Source: Octopus sinensis
Lineage: Eukaryota
NCBI RefSeq assembly: GCF_006345805.1
Contig: NC_043002.1
Location: forward strand, 80,414,001 to 80,478,000
DNA length: 64,000 nt
Reading direction: 5' to 3'
Made by a program: the position numbers and the translations under genes
The notes under the pieces: generated by a model
Told to the model about the DNA's origin: nothing
What the model saw: only the letters and a program-made list of their open reading frames with translations
Database searches by the model: none
Part shown: in pieces, positions 14,742 through 26,110 of the stretch
Layout of the letters: each line of letters opens with the position of its first letter
Numbering within the stretch: position 1 is the stretch's first letter

Positions 14742-15040
14742 CGATGAATTTCCAACTTAGCATGATTTTCACGTCTTATTATTTGCAATTTTTACATTTT
14801 GCAATTTTATAATTTAGCAATATTGAAATAAAATAGTACTTTCATGCGTTACACAATCATCAGGTTTAAGTAGGGACAGAATTGTCAATTGTGGAACACG
14901 ACTGTCACCGCATAAACCTGATGATTGTGTAACGCATGAAAGTACTAGTTTATTTCAATATTGTTAAATTGTAAAATTGCAAAAATTGTAAATTATAAAG
15001 CGTAAAGATCAGACTAAATTGGAATTTCATTCATTAATAT
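14742..15040. repeat. Inverted repeat (~125-bp arms, 44-bp spacer) carrying two outward-facing hammerhead motifs
   Basis: 14798-14868 is the reverse complement of 14913-14983 with 3 mismatches. The outer parts match more loosely. Confidence 0.9.
14913..14952 (+). ncRNA. Minimal type I hammerhead ribozyme motif
   Basis: TAAAC-CTGATGA-TTGTGTAACGCAT-GAAAGTACTA-GTTTA. Stem I is TAAAC/GTTTA, stem II is TGTG/CGCA, stem III is the palindrome AGTACT, and the cleavage triplet is CUA. Confidence 0.75.
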
Positions 15041-15205
15041 ATTCTTCTCCACACAATCTCTACAAAATCTTATATATATATATTTAAAAGCTGGGATTCG
15101 CATAAATTCTCTCTCTTCCCGACCACATGGTTCCAGGTTCATTTCCACTGCATGTCACCATCCGTACACACACACACACACATTCACACACGCACACACA
15201 CACAA

Positions 15206-15249
<44 letters not shown>

Positions 15250-15619
15250 TTCATCGACTCCAATTTGATGAAAGATAAAGTCGACCTCGGCAGAGCTGGG
15301 ACTCAGAACGTACTGCCGGACGAAATGCTACTAACAGTTTTTTCTCGGTGTACTAACATTTATGCAACTCACCACCAAAGTATTTAAATTATACACACAC
15401 GCATATATTTATGTGTTTGCGTGAGTGTGTGTCTGTCTGTGTGTGTATACGTGCGTGTGTTTGTCAAGTGTGCTCATGTATTTTTGAGTGTGTGTCTATG
15501 TTTGTGTTTGTCCCTTACCACCACTTAACAATCGGAGTTGAGCGTGTGTGTGTGTATTTGTGTGTGTGTTTGTGTGTGCGTGTGTGTTTGTGTGTGTATG
15601 TGTGATTGCGTATGCGTTT

Positions 15620-15800
15620 ATGTCTCTGTCCCTCACCACCACTTAACAACCAGAGTTGGGGTGTTTACGTTCCCGTAACTCAGCGGTTCGGCAAATGTTG
15701 CAGGTAGAATAAGTACAGGGGTTGATTCGTTCGATTAAAATTCTTGAATGCGGTGCCCCAGCATTGCCGCAGTATAATGACTGAAAGAAGTAAAAGATAG
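15620..15800 (+). mobile_element. SINE family A, 3' half
   Basis: GTTTACGTTCCCGTAACTCAGCGGTTCGGCAA...GCCGCAGT..AATGACTGAAA matches the 3' part of 41894-42280. Confidence 0.8.
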
Positions 15801-15942
15801 AATACTTGTAGCGGACTTCAACTTTGGATTACCTGGAGTGCAGTACAGGTCGGAGGACCCTTTTGTTAGCCTGATGCCTTTTTATCTGCAGAGAGCATAA
15901 GTGTTACATGGGTTAATATTTCTCATTAACCTTCACCCTTGT

Positions 15943-16021
<79 letters not shown>

Positions 16022-16222
16022 TGTGTGTGTGCGTGGGCGTGTGTTTGTGCATGCAACTGCTGTATGGCGGGTGTCAATATTTCGTTGAACTAAATACTAG
16101 GATCCTATTTCCATTACTTCCCAATAATTCAAGTAATGGTGAAAGGCACAAATACCATTTACTTTTCTATCACATATACACTCACTCTAACCCACCTATG
16201 TATATATATATACAGAGAGTGG

Positions 16223-16298
<76 letters not shown>

Positions 16299-16299
16299 T

Positions 16300-16692
16300 T
16301 CTTTTGCTTGTTTCAGTCATTTGATTGCAGTCATGCTGGAGCACCCATTTTAGTGGAGCAAATCGAACCCAGGACTTATTCTTTGTAAACCCAGTACTTA
16401 TTCTATCGGTTCTTTTGCCGAACCGCTAAGTGGCGGGGACATAAACACACCACCATCGGTTGTCGAGTAATGCTAGAGGGACAAACACAGACACACAAGC
16501 ATACACATACATACACACACATATATATATATATATATATGACGGGCTTCTTTGAGTTTCCATCTACCAAATCCACTCACAAGGCTTTGGTCGCCTCGAA
16601 GCTATAGTAGAAGACACTTACCCAAGATGCCACGCAGTGGGACTGAACCCGGAACCATGTTGTTGGTAAGCCAGCTACTTACCACACAGCCA
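16300..16692 (-). mobile_element. tRNA-derived SINE family A, near full length
   Basis: Minus strand TGGCTGTGTGGTAAGTAGC...GGTTCCGGGTTCAGTCCCACTGCGTGG head, internal (TA/CA) tract and ATGACTGAAACAAG tail. Confidence 0.9.
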
Positions 16693-16693
16693 T

Positions 16694-16803
<110 letters not shown>

Positions 16804-17691
16804 TCTCATCACAAATAAACGTACTCGCAATCAGCACGCCAAAACTCATTTAGAAGCACAGATCTATATGCAACGACACATATGCCAGCAGTTGAGGCAT
16901 ATTGGTTCGTCACCCTATAACGCCTACATAGCTTCATATTTGTCATACCTGTCAAACGTAAATGTCCTTGAATCTCATAAATGTATTTAAGGCTTGGCAC
17001 GACAATTTTTTAAAAAAAAATACCTACCCTCATCCTCGTCTTCCACCGCTTAAAATACAAAATCCTCTGCCACTTAAAAAACAGAATACATGTATTATTA
17101 CCTTGAATTGAGAATGTTAAGGCATGAAGAAATGGAATGGTAGAAACGTTGTATTTATTGCCTCATGATTATCGATTCCATTGATGTGAAGAATTCGCCA
17201 TGAAAATAAAATAAAATAAAAGACAAGCGTACAAAAAAAATTCCTACTGTAATGGTTAATGGTTAATGCTATTAAACCAAATTCCTTAAGAATAAAAGAT
17301 ATTTTTTTCTTTCAAAATTTATATTTTATTTTTTTCATTCCTATTTTTGCTCATTCACATCAAAGTAATATTCGTGAAACGATTTTTTTTCATTTACCAT
17401 ATTTTTTTTTCTTTTTTCGTTGATTCTCAAAAACATTTTTTTCGTTTTGTCATTTTCTTTTCTTTTTCCTTTCAATTTTTTTTTTAATATTAGACAGAAT
17501 ATGGTTGAAGCATTGCAATGTATTGCCCGCAATATAATTTCTTCTATTTGACCAAATGACCCTTTTTGTAGTCAAATTTAACTGTTCTAGAATTACTGGT
17601 GGCTATTTTACATTCTGATCTATATTTGTAATTATGTATATTTTCCCTCTCCTTCTTACATACATACATAGACACACACACACACACACAC

Positions 17692-17748
<57 letters not shown>

Positions 17749-17787
17749 ATATATATATATATATATATATATTAAGATATATATACA

Positions 17788-17822
<35 letters not shown>

Positions 17823-17827
17823 CACAC

Positions 17828-17876
<49 letters not shown>

Positions 17877-18063
17877 GTGTGTGTCTTTAATATTATTGAG
17901 TTGATATGACTGATTTTGCATGAGTGGATTGTATTTGGCTGTTTTGTGTTAACGTAATTTTTATATCTTATATGATGCCTTTTTTGTGTTCTTTTAACTT
18001 TACTTTTTGCTTCTTCCTGATATTTAGAAATATTCTTTATGCCCTTTTTGTAAAGAGAAAAAA

Positions 18064-18137
18064 ATACTACAATAACAGCCCTAACAGCACTAATAATATT
18101 AATAACAATACTGATAATGATGGCAATAATAATAATA

Positions 18138-18193
<56 letters not shown>

Positions 18194-18272
18194 AATAATA
18201 ATAATAATAATAATAATAATTAATAATAATAATAACAACAACAATAATAATAATAATAATAATAATAATAAG
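18064..18272. repeat. Compound (AAT)n/(GAT)n trinucleotide repeat
   Basis: Visible; source of the poly-D/N/I/L/H ORFs. Confidence 0.95.
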
Positions 18273-19962
18273 TAAAATGAAAGAATACAAGGAAAAGAAA
18301 GATAATATACCCGCAAAAAATAATGAAAATAAAAATAAAAAATTAATTGAAACGAATTTACTGGCACCTCTCGTTTTACGTGAGTATTACGTTATTGAAG
18401 TCACTGCTTGGTTTGAAAACAAGTGAATGAAACATATTTTGGCATGTGAATGATGGCACAGTTTTTGAGAGAAAATCACCTTACGGTAGTTTAAAGATCA
18501 TTTTTTTTTTACTTGTCTTCTTAATATAGAAATAAAATTTAATGTTAACAATAATAGAAAATTACATGTTGTAAATTGCGTCATATATGCAAGAATATGC
18601 TTCTATCATATATACACTAAAAAATGTTCTTTTTTCATATATACACACAAACATACACACATAAACATTCTGGACGGTAGGCAAGGAATATAGAATCCCT
18701 GAATTAAATGTTTTAACACTAACGTTATTTCTCCCATTTGGATAGAGGCTGTGAATTATCTGTTCCATAAACAATTATATTTTTTTACACGAACCAATCT
18801 TCAACGTTCTACTTAGTAATTCGTTCAAAACTTCTATGGAAAATACGGTGAAAGCTCTGCTTTGTTAAAGAGGCCATACTAAGACTAAAACGTATCTACA
18901 GTTGTCGTTTTTACTTTCCGAAAACCTTGAAATGCCACTATTCTTATTAGATTTATGCACTTTTAGTACCCCTATTATCTGATATTGTTCGCTTTGTAGC
19001 GCTCACTGTTAATATAATTCTTATACTGTTTTAAATATCTGATTGGAAGCTCATTTGTTAATATGTCAAGCATCTATACATAGTTGCGATGCATATTCTC
19101 TGTCTCTTTAACAGCAACCAGATGTTTGCACAAACTTCACACACATCTTCCCATACCTGCTTGTAGTTTGAAACCATAATTTTATTTAAGCATTATATTC
19201 GGGAGCTTTTTATCGTCTTAATCAATCGATGTTTCTGCTATACGAAGATAACGTATAGAGGAAGACTCGCTAAGAGCTAAGCCATACGTGTTAAGAACTT
19301 TCACAAACTGACGCAAGATGTACAGATGATTAATTTACGCTGCATTTGCACTCTAAATGTCTGTTTTTAGGAAACGTGTAAATATGGGTTAAATATTTAC
19401 GTGTAGGAAACATGTAAATATAAAGCTACTTTATATATTTCCCTTTTCCCCATTGATTTACATAACGTATAGTAAGTCAGTGGTTCCAAAGAAAAAACTA
19501 CTAGCTCTCCCCATCGCCTCCAAAAGTGAAAAAATATGACAGAAAATACTTAGCCGCATGTTCTTTACGAATGATAAGACAGAATAGAGCCCTAATGATT
19601 CGAACTGAGACACCTGCTTTTTGTTGGTTCTACGTTATTACTCACTTCGTTGGGTCACTTTTATTAATCGTTTTATTGCTGTGACAGTGGATGTCCTTAT
19701 ACATCGCTCGTTAAAATGCACTTCTACTCTTCCTTCTATTGCCTCTTCCCCTTCCATTTGGGTCTCCCCATCATCTTAGAAGTTTTCCGAGTGGGCTCAT
19801 CCGACATCTCGCATAACACTTGATAACTGCACAGTCTAAATGTCATACGGTGGGTCTTGCAACCTGTCAGGCCCAGCGTACTCATGCATCCCACATGTTG
19901 GAATTTCATTGATTAATATACTCTTCTATACACAATCATACAATCTGTTGTATATATATATA

Positions 19963-20377
19963 TACTAGCAGCATACTCCGGCGTTGCCCGGGTATGTAAG
20001 AGCCCCTAGTAGGCAACGACTAATCCCAATCTAGTTCTTTCCCTCTAGGGAACGAAGGCGCATGTGTAGGCTGCAATGTCTTCTCTTCACTCGAATACTT
20101 CTATGTATACGATGTTCGTAGCTGTCTCCCGATTGCAAGTTGCGAAAACTACAACAGAAAATGTGTTGCATATAAAAAGCTTAGATTATCGACCCCATGT
20201 CAATTTTATCGATTTTTTTCAGAACTGAGGGAACTTTTCAAAATTATCGCTGCGTTAGTTTTGAATTATGACATTGGGCTATGTATGTGTCAATTTTCAT
20301 CAGAATCGGTTGAAAGCCGTGGTCAGGGTGAGGGTACAACCTGACAGCCACACAGACACACAGACAGACAAACTGCC

Positions 20378-20385
<8 letters not shown>
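19963..20385 (+). mobile_element. Non-autonomous Helentron/HINE-like element
   Basis: Starts ACTAGC..CCGGCGTTGCCCGGG (subterminal hairpin) and ends CAGACAGACAAACTGCCGTTTATA. The 3' half is nearly identical to 29430-29640. Confidence 0.7.
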
Positions 20386-20417
<32 letters not shown>

Positions 20418-20795
20418 AAGTTGGGATTCGCATAAATGTTCTCTCTTCCCGACTACATGGTTCCAGGTTCAGTTCCACTGCATGTCACCATGCGTATACA
20501 TACATATATATATACATATACATATACTTATATATCTATCTATCTATTTATATATATATTTGTATATATATCATTTAATTTATAGATAATCCAATATAGG
20601 GTGTTATATTTTGCCTGTCTTTCGTCTAATTTTTATTATAAAAGATTGAGATGTATATATATATATATATATATAACAATTTAGGAATGGCCTAAACAGG
20701 CCATTCGTCCACTAGAAAGAGCAGCCATAACTCCAACCGCCAAGTAGTGTAATTCGGAAATAAGGTGAAAATTTAAAAACATTTACCCTAATTCA

Positions 20796-20896
20796 TCTTT
20801 TATACGATGCATCGTTTCAGTGTCTTTAATGATAGACCAGCTTAATTAAATTAAATTAAGCTAGTCTACCATAGGTCACACTTCATCAGTAAAAGA
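20796..20896 (-). ncRNA. Type I hammerhead ribozyme (array unit 1)
   Basis: Minus strand TCTTTTA-CTGATGA-AGTGT..long hairpin..ACACT-GAAACGATGCATCGTA-TAAAAGA. Confidence 0.85.
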
Positions 20897-21269
20897 AACC
20901 TGGAGAGACGGATATATACGAGGCGACTGTATCAATGCCTCGAGAATATCTGTCTTAAAATTTTCAAGACCAACGCATTCGCGCCAAACTTATCGGCAGC
21001 AAATATAAACTGCCGATTCAATCTCAGAATTAGTCAGAAAATTATCAATTAATCAATTTAGGGTAGCAAAAAATTCAGTAAAAATTTATCGCTACCAGCG
21101 GCCTAATAGAAAAGAGAAAATAGTCAAAGACTAAATATGTATAAATATAACAATTTAGGAATGGCCTAAACAGGCCATTCGTCCACTAGAAAGAGCAGCC
21201 ATAACTCCAACCGCCAAGTAGTGTAATTCGGAAATAAGGTGAAAATTTAAAAACATTTACCCTAATTCA

Positions 21270-21368
21270 TCTTTTATACGATGCATCGTTTCAGTGTCTT
21301 TAATGATAGACCAGCTTAATTAATTAATTAAGCTAGTCTACCATAGGTCACACTTCATCAGTAAAAGA
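21270..21368 (-). ncRNA. Type I hammerhead ribozyme (array unit 2)
   Basis: Same intact core and stems; stem II loop is 2 nt shorter. Confidence 0.85.
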
Positions 21369-21741
21369 AACCTGGGAGAGACGGATATATACGAGGCGAC
21401 TGTATCAATGCCTCGAGAATATCTGTCTTAAAATTTTCAAGACCAACGCATTCGCGCCAAACTTATCGGCAGCAAATATAAACTGCCGATTCAATCTCAG
21501 AATTAGTCAAAAATTATCAATTAATCAATTTAGGGTAGCAAAAAATTCAGTAAAAATTTATCGCTACCAGCGGCCTAATAGAAAAGAGAAAATAGTCAAA
21601 GACTAAATATGTATAAATATAACAATTTAGGAATGGCCTAAACAGGCCATTCGTCCACTAGAAAGAGCAGCCATAACTCCAACCGCCAAGTAGTGTAATT
21701 CGGAAATAAGGTGAAAATTTAAAAACATTTACCCTAATTCA

Positions 21742-21842
21742 TCTTTTATACGATGCATCGTTTCAGTGTCTTTAATGATAGACCAGCTTAATTAAATTAA
21801 ATTAAGCTAGTCTACCATAGGTCACACTTCATCAGTAAAAGA
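21742..21842 (-). ncRNA. Type I hammerhead ribozyme (array unit 3)
   Basis: Same intact motif. Confidence 0.85.
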
Positions 21843-22215
21843 AACCTGGGAGAGACGGATATATACGAGGCGACTGTATCAATGCCTCGAGAATATCTGT
21901 CTTAAAATTTTCAAGACCAACGCATTCGCGCCAAACTTATCGGCAGCAAATATAAACTGCCGATTCAATCTCAGAATTAGTCAGAAAATTATCAATTAAT
22001 CAATTTAGGGTAGCAAAAAATTCAGTAAAAATTTATCGCTACCAGCGGCCTAATAGAAAAGAGAAAATAGTCAAAGACTAAATATATAAAATATAACAAT
22101 TTAGGAATGGCCTAAACAGGCCATTCGTCCACTAGAAAGAGCAGCCATAACTCCAACCGCCAAGTAGTGTAATTCGGAAATAAGGTGAAAATTTAAAAAC
22201 ATTTACCCTAATTCA

Positions 22216-22316
22216 TCTTTTATACGATGCATCGTTTCAGTGTCTTTAATGATAGACCAGCTTAATTAAATTAAATTAAGCTAGTCTACCATAGGTCACA
22301 CTTCATCAGTAAAAGA
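22216..22316 (-). ncRNA. Type I hammerhead ribozyme (array unit 4)
   Basis: Same intact motif. Confidence 0.85.
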
Positions 22317-22690
22317 AACCTGGGAGAGACGGATATATACGAGGCGACTGTATCAATGCCTCGAGAATATCTGTCTTAAAATTTTCAAGACCAACGCATT
22401 CGCGCCAAACTTATCGGCAGCAAATATAAACTGCCGATTCAATCTCAGAATTAGTCAGAAAATTATCAATTAATCAATTTAGGGTAGCAAAAAATTCAGT
22501 AAAAATTTATCGCTACCAGCGGCCTAATAGAAAAGAGAAAATAGTCAAAGACTAAATATGTATAAATATAACAATTTAGGAATGGCCTAAACAGGCCATT
22601 CGTCCACTAGAAAGAGCAGCCATAACTCCAACCGCCAAGTAGTGTAATTCGGAAATAAGGTGAAAATTTAAAAACATTTACCCTAATTCA

Positions 22691-22791
22691 TCTTTTATAC
22701 GATGCATCGTTTCAGTGTCTTTAATGATAGACCAGCTTAATTAAATTAAATTAAGCTAGTCTACCATAGGTCACACTTCATCAGTAAAAGA
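22691..22791 (-). ncRNA. Type I hammerhead ribozyme (array unit 5)
   Basis: Same intact motif. Confidence 0.85.
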
Positions 22792-23163
22792 AACCTGGGA
22801 GAGACGGATATATAACGAGGCGACTGTATCAATGCCTCGAGAATATCTGTCTTAAAATTTTCAAGACCACGCATTCGCGCCAACTTATCGGCAGCAAATA
22901 TAAACTGCTGATTCAATCTCAGAATTAGTCAGAAAATTATCAATTAATCAATTTAGGGTAGCAAAAAATTCAGTAAAAATTTATCGCTACCTCGGCCTAA
23001 TAGAAAAGAGAAAATAGTCAAAGACTAAATATGTATAAATATAACAATTTAGGAATGGCCTAAACAGGCCATTCGTCCACTAGAAAGAGCAGCCATAACT
23101 CCAACCGCCAAGTAGTGTAATTCGGAAATAAGGTGAAAATTTAAAAACATTTACCCTAATTCA

Positions 23164-23264
23164 TCTTTTATACGATGCATCGTTTCAGTGTCTTTAATGA
23201 TAGACCAGCTTAATTAAATTAAATTAAGCTAGTCTACCATAGGTCACACTTCATCAGTAAAAGA
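23164..23264 (-). ncRNA. Type I hammerhead ribozyme (array unit 6)
   Basis: Same intact motif. Confidence 0.85.
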
Positions 23265-23790
23265 AACCGGGAGAGACGGATATATACGAGGCGACTGTAT
23301 CAATGCCTCGAGAATATCTGTCTTAAAATTTTCAAGACCAACGCATTCGCGCCAAACTTATCGGCAGCAAATATAAACTGCCGATTCAATCTCAGAATTA
23401 GTCAGAAAATTATCAATTAATCAATTTAGGGTAGCAAAAAATCACAGTAAAATTTATCGCTACCAGCGGCCTAATAGAAAAGAGAAAATAGTCAAGACTA
23501 AATATGTATAAATATAACAATTTAGGAATGGCCTAAACAGGCCATTCGTCCACTAGAAAGAGCAGCCATAACTATTTTCTATTAGGCCGCTGGTAGCGAT
23601 AAATTTTTACTGAATTTTTTGCTACCCTAAATTGATTAATTGATAATTTTCTGACTAATTCTGAGATTGAATCGGCAGTTAATATTTGCTGCCGATAAGT
23701 TTGGCGCGAATGCGTTGGTCTTGAAAATTTTAAGACAGATATTCTCGAGGCATTGATACAGTCGCCTCGTTATATCCGTCTCTCCAGGTT

Positions 23791-23891
23791 TCTTTTACTG
23801 ATGAAGTGTGACCTATGGTAGACTAGCTTAATTTAATTTAATTAAGCTGGTCTATCATTAAAGACACTGAAACGATGCATCGTATAAAAGA
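23791..23891 (+). ncRNA. Type I hammerhead ribozyme (inverted unit A)
   Basis: TCTTTTA at 23791, CTGATGA at 23798-23804, then GAAACGATGCATCGTA and TAAAAGA ending at 23891. Confidence 0.85.
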
Positions 23892-24261
23892 TGAATTAGG
23901 GTAAATGTTTTTAAATTTTCACCTTATTTCCGAATTACCTACTTGGCGGTTGGAGTTATGGCTGCTCTTTCTAGTGGACGAATGGCCTGTTTAGGCCATT
24001 CCTAAATTGTTATATTTATACATATTTAGTCTTTGACTATTTTCTCTTTTCTATTAGGCCGCTGGTAGCGATAAATTTTTACTGAATTTTTTGCTACCCT
24101 AAATTGATTAATTGATAATTTTCTGACTAATTCTGAGATTGAATCGGCAGTTTATATTTGCTGCCGATAAGTTTGGCGCGAATGCGTTGGTCTTGAAATT
24201 TTAAGACAGATATTCTCGAGGCATTGATACAGTCGCCGAGGTTATATCCGTCTCTCCAGTT

Positions 24262-24357
24262 TCTTTATGAAGTGTGACCTATGGTAGACTAGCTTAATTA
24301 ATTTAATTAAGCTGGTCTATCATTAAAGACACTGAAACGATGCATCGTATAAAAGAT
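24262..24357 (+). ncRNA. Hammerhead copy with damaged core (inverted unit B)
   Basis: Reads TTCTTTATGAAGTGT, so the CTGATGA core is partly deleted. The rest of the motif is intact. Confidence 0.6.
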
Positions 24358-24725
24358 GAATTAGGGTAAATGTTTTTAATTTTTCACCTTATTTCCGAAT
24401 TAACTACTTGGCGGTTGGAGTTATGGCTGCTCTTTCTAGTGGACGAATGGCCTGTTTAGGCCATTCCTAAATTGTTATATTTATACATTTTAGTCTTTGA
24501 CTATTTTCTCTTTTCTATTAGGCGCTGGTAGCGATAATTTTTACTGAATTTTTTGCTACCCTAAATTGATTAATTGATAATTTTCTGACTAATTCTGAGA
24601 TTGAATCGGCAGTTTATATTTGCTGCCGATAAGTTTGGCGCGAATGCGTTGGTCTTGAAAATTTTAAGACAGATATTCTCGAGGCATTGATACAGTCGCC
24701 TCGTATATATCCGTCTCTCCCAGGT

Positions 24726-24828
24726 TCTTTTACTGATGAAGTGTGACCTATGGTAGACTATAGCTTAATTTAATTTAATTAAGCTGGTCTATCATTAAAG
24801 ACACTGAAACGATGCATCGTATAAAAGA
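24726..24828 (+). ncRNA. Type I hammerhead ribozyme (inverted unit C)
   Basis: CTGATGA at 24733-24739; intact core, with a 2-nt insertion in stem II. Confidence 0.8.
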
Positions 24829-25043
24829 TGAATTAGGGTAAATGTTTTTAAATTTTCACCTTATTTCCGAATTACACTACTTGGCGGTTGGAGTTATGGC
24901 TGCTCTTTCTAGTGGACGAATGGCTGTTTAGGCCATTCCTAAATTGTTATATTTATACATATTTAGTCTTTGACTATTTTCTCTTTTCTATTAGGCCGCT
25001 GGTAGCGATAAATTTTTACTGAATTTTTTGCTACCCTAAATTG

Positions 25044-25105
<62 letters not shown>

Positions 25106-25107
25106 CT

Positions 25108-25245
25108 CCTTGCTGTACTCTTTCACCACAATTTTCTCTCACTCTTCCTTCTGTTGGCCTGCTCGCTTAGCCAGCGGGTGGCGTCTATGAAGGCTAAAAC
25201 AATGCGAAGCGCATTGTGACCAGCGATGTGTAGCAAAATGTGATC
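25108..25245 (+). mobile_element. SINE fragment (family C body joined to tail Y)
   Basis: GCTGTACTCTTTTCACCACAATTTTCTCTCACTCTT is shared with 34870-34915 and is followed by the tail seen at 1145-1245. Confidence 0.65.
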
Positions 25246-25736
25246 ACGTGATGTTATTTGAAAATACGGTCCTCATCTTAGTTATTTCGGTGTTTATCAC
25301 CAGAAAGTAAACATGCTCCTTGATGAAATCCGGACATAATGTGGGATTATTTTACATCTAACACTGCTTGAATGGTTGGTCATAGTCATAATCTGAACGT
25401 AATGGCCGGATTGAAACATATGTAGGATTCTTTTATGTTTAGTTTTGTTGTTGATTCTATACCTTTAAATCTCAAATCTTATATGTATTACGTTTTTTCA
25501 TCGTGATACATATTAAATTAACTAAGTATCCACTATATTTCTTATCCATTTCCTTATATATATGTATATATATATATATATATATCAATAATAATAATAT
25601 GTATCTGTGTGTGATTATATATGTATATAAATATACACATATATATGCATATATGTTTATTTGTATGCACGTATGTATATATACAAGTTCTGTATGTACT
25701 TTTCTTCCCTTCCTCTTCGTGTCCCTCACCAGCTCT

Positions 25737-25806
<70 letters not shown>

Positions 25807-26064
25807 CACACACACAAACCATCTCTTTCTCTATCTCACTTCTTCGCAATCCTATCATTTTTTTTCATTTTTCCCTCCATAACTTCTTTGTTTCTCTCAT
25901 TAAGCTCTGTAAAGTGGTAATTGCTTCAGATGTGAACAGAAAGAGCAAGTGTTAGCAAGATAAAAGAACGAAAGCGAACTCAGAGAACAGCAGTGAGGAG
26001 AGCTAGAAAAATACACCATCGCGTGTTTAAGAGAGAGTGCAAAACCAAGAGTAGAGGGAAAGAG

Positions 26065-26110
<46 letters not shown>

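Larger units (their letters stand above)
20671..25047. repeat. Tandem array of ~474-bp hammerhead-containing units with a head-to-head inversion
   Basis: Unit starts (ATATAACAAT) at 20671, 21145, 21617, 22091, 22566, 23039 and 23512. Orientation switches at ~23571-23573. Inverted units end at ~24014, 24480 and 24952, with a partial unit to ~25047. (TA)n flanks both sides. Confidence 0.97.

Noticed and set aside
20671-25047. CRISPR array or coding tandem repeat
   Set aside because: The units are near-identical over their full length with no unique spacers, there are no cas genes, the context is eukaryotic, and no unit-length ORF exists.
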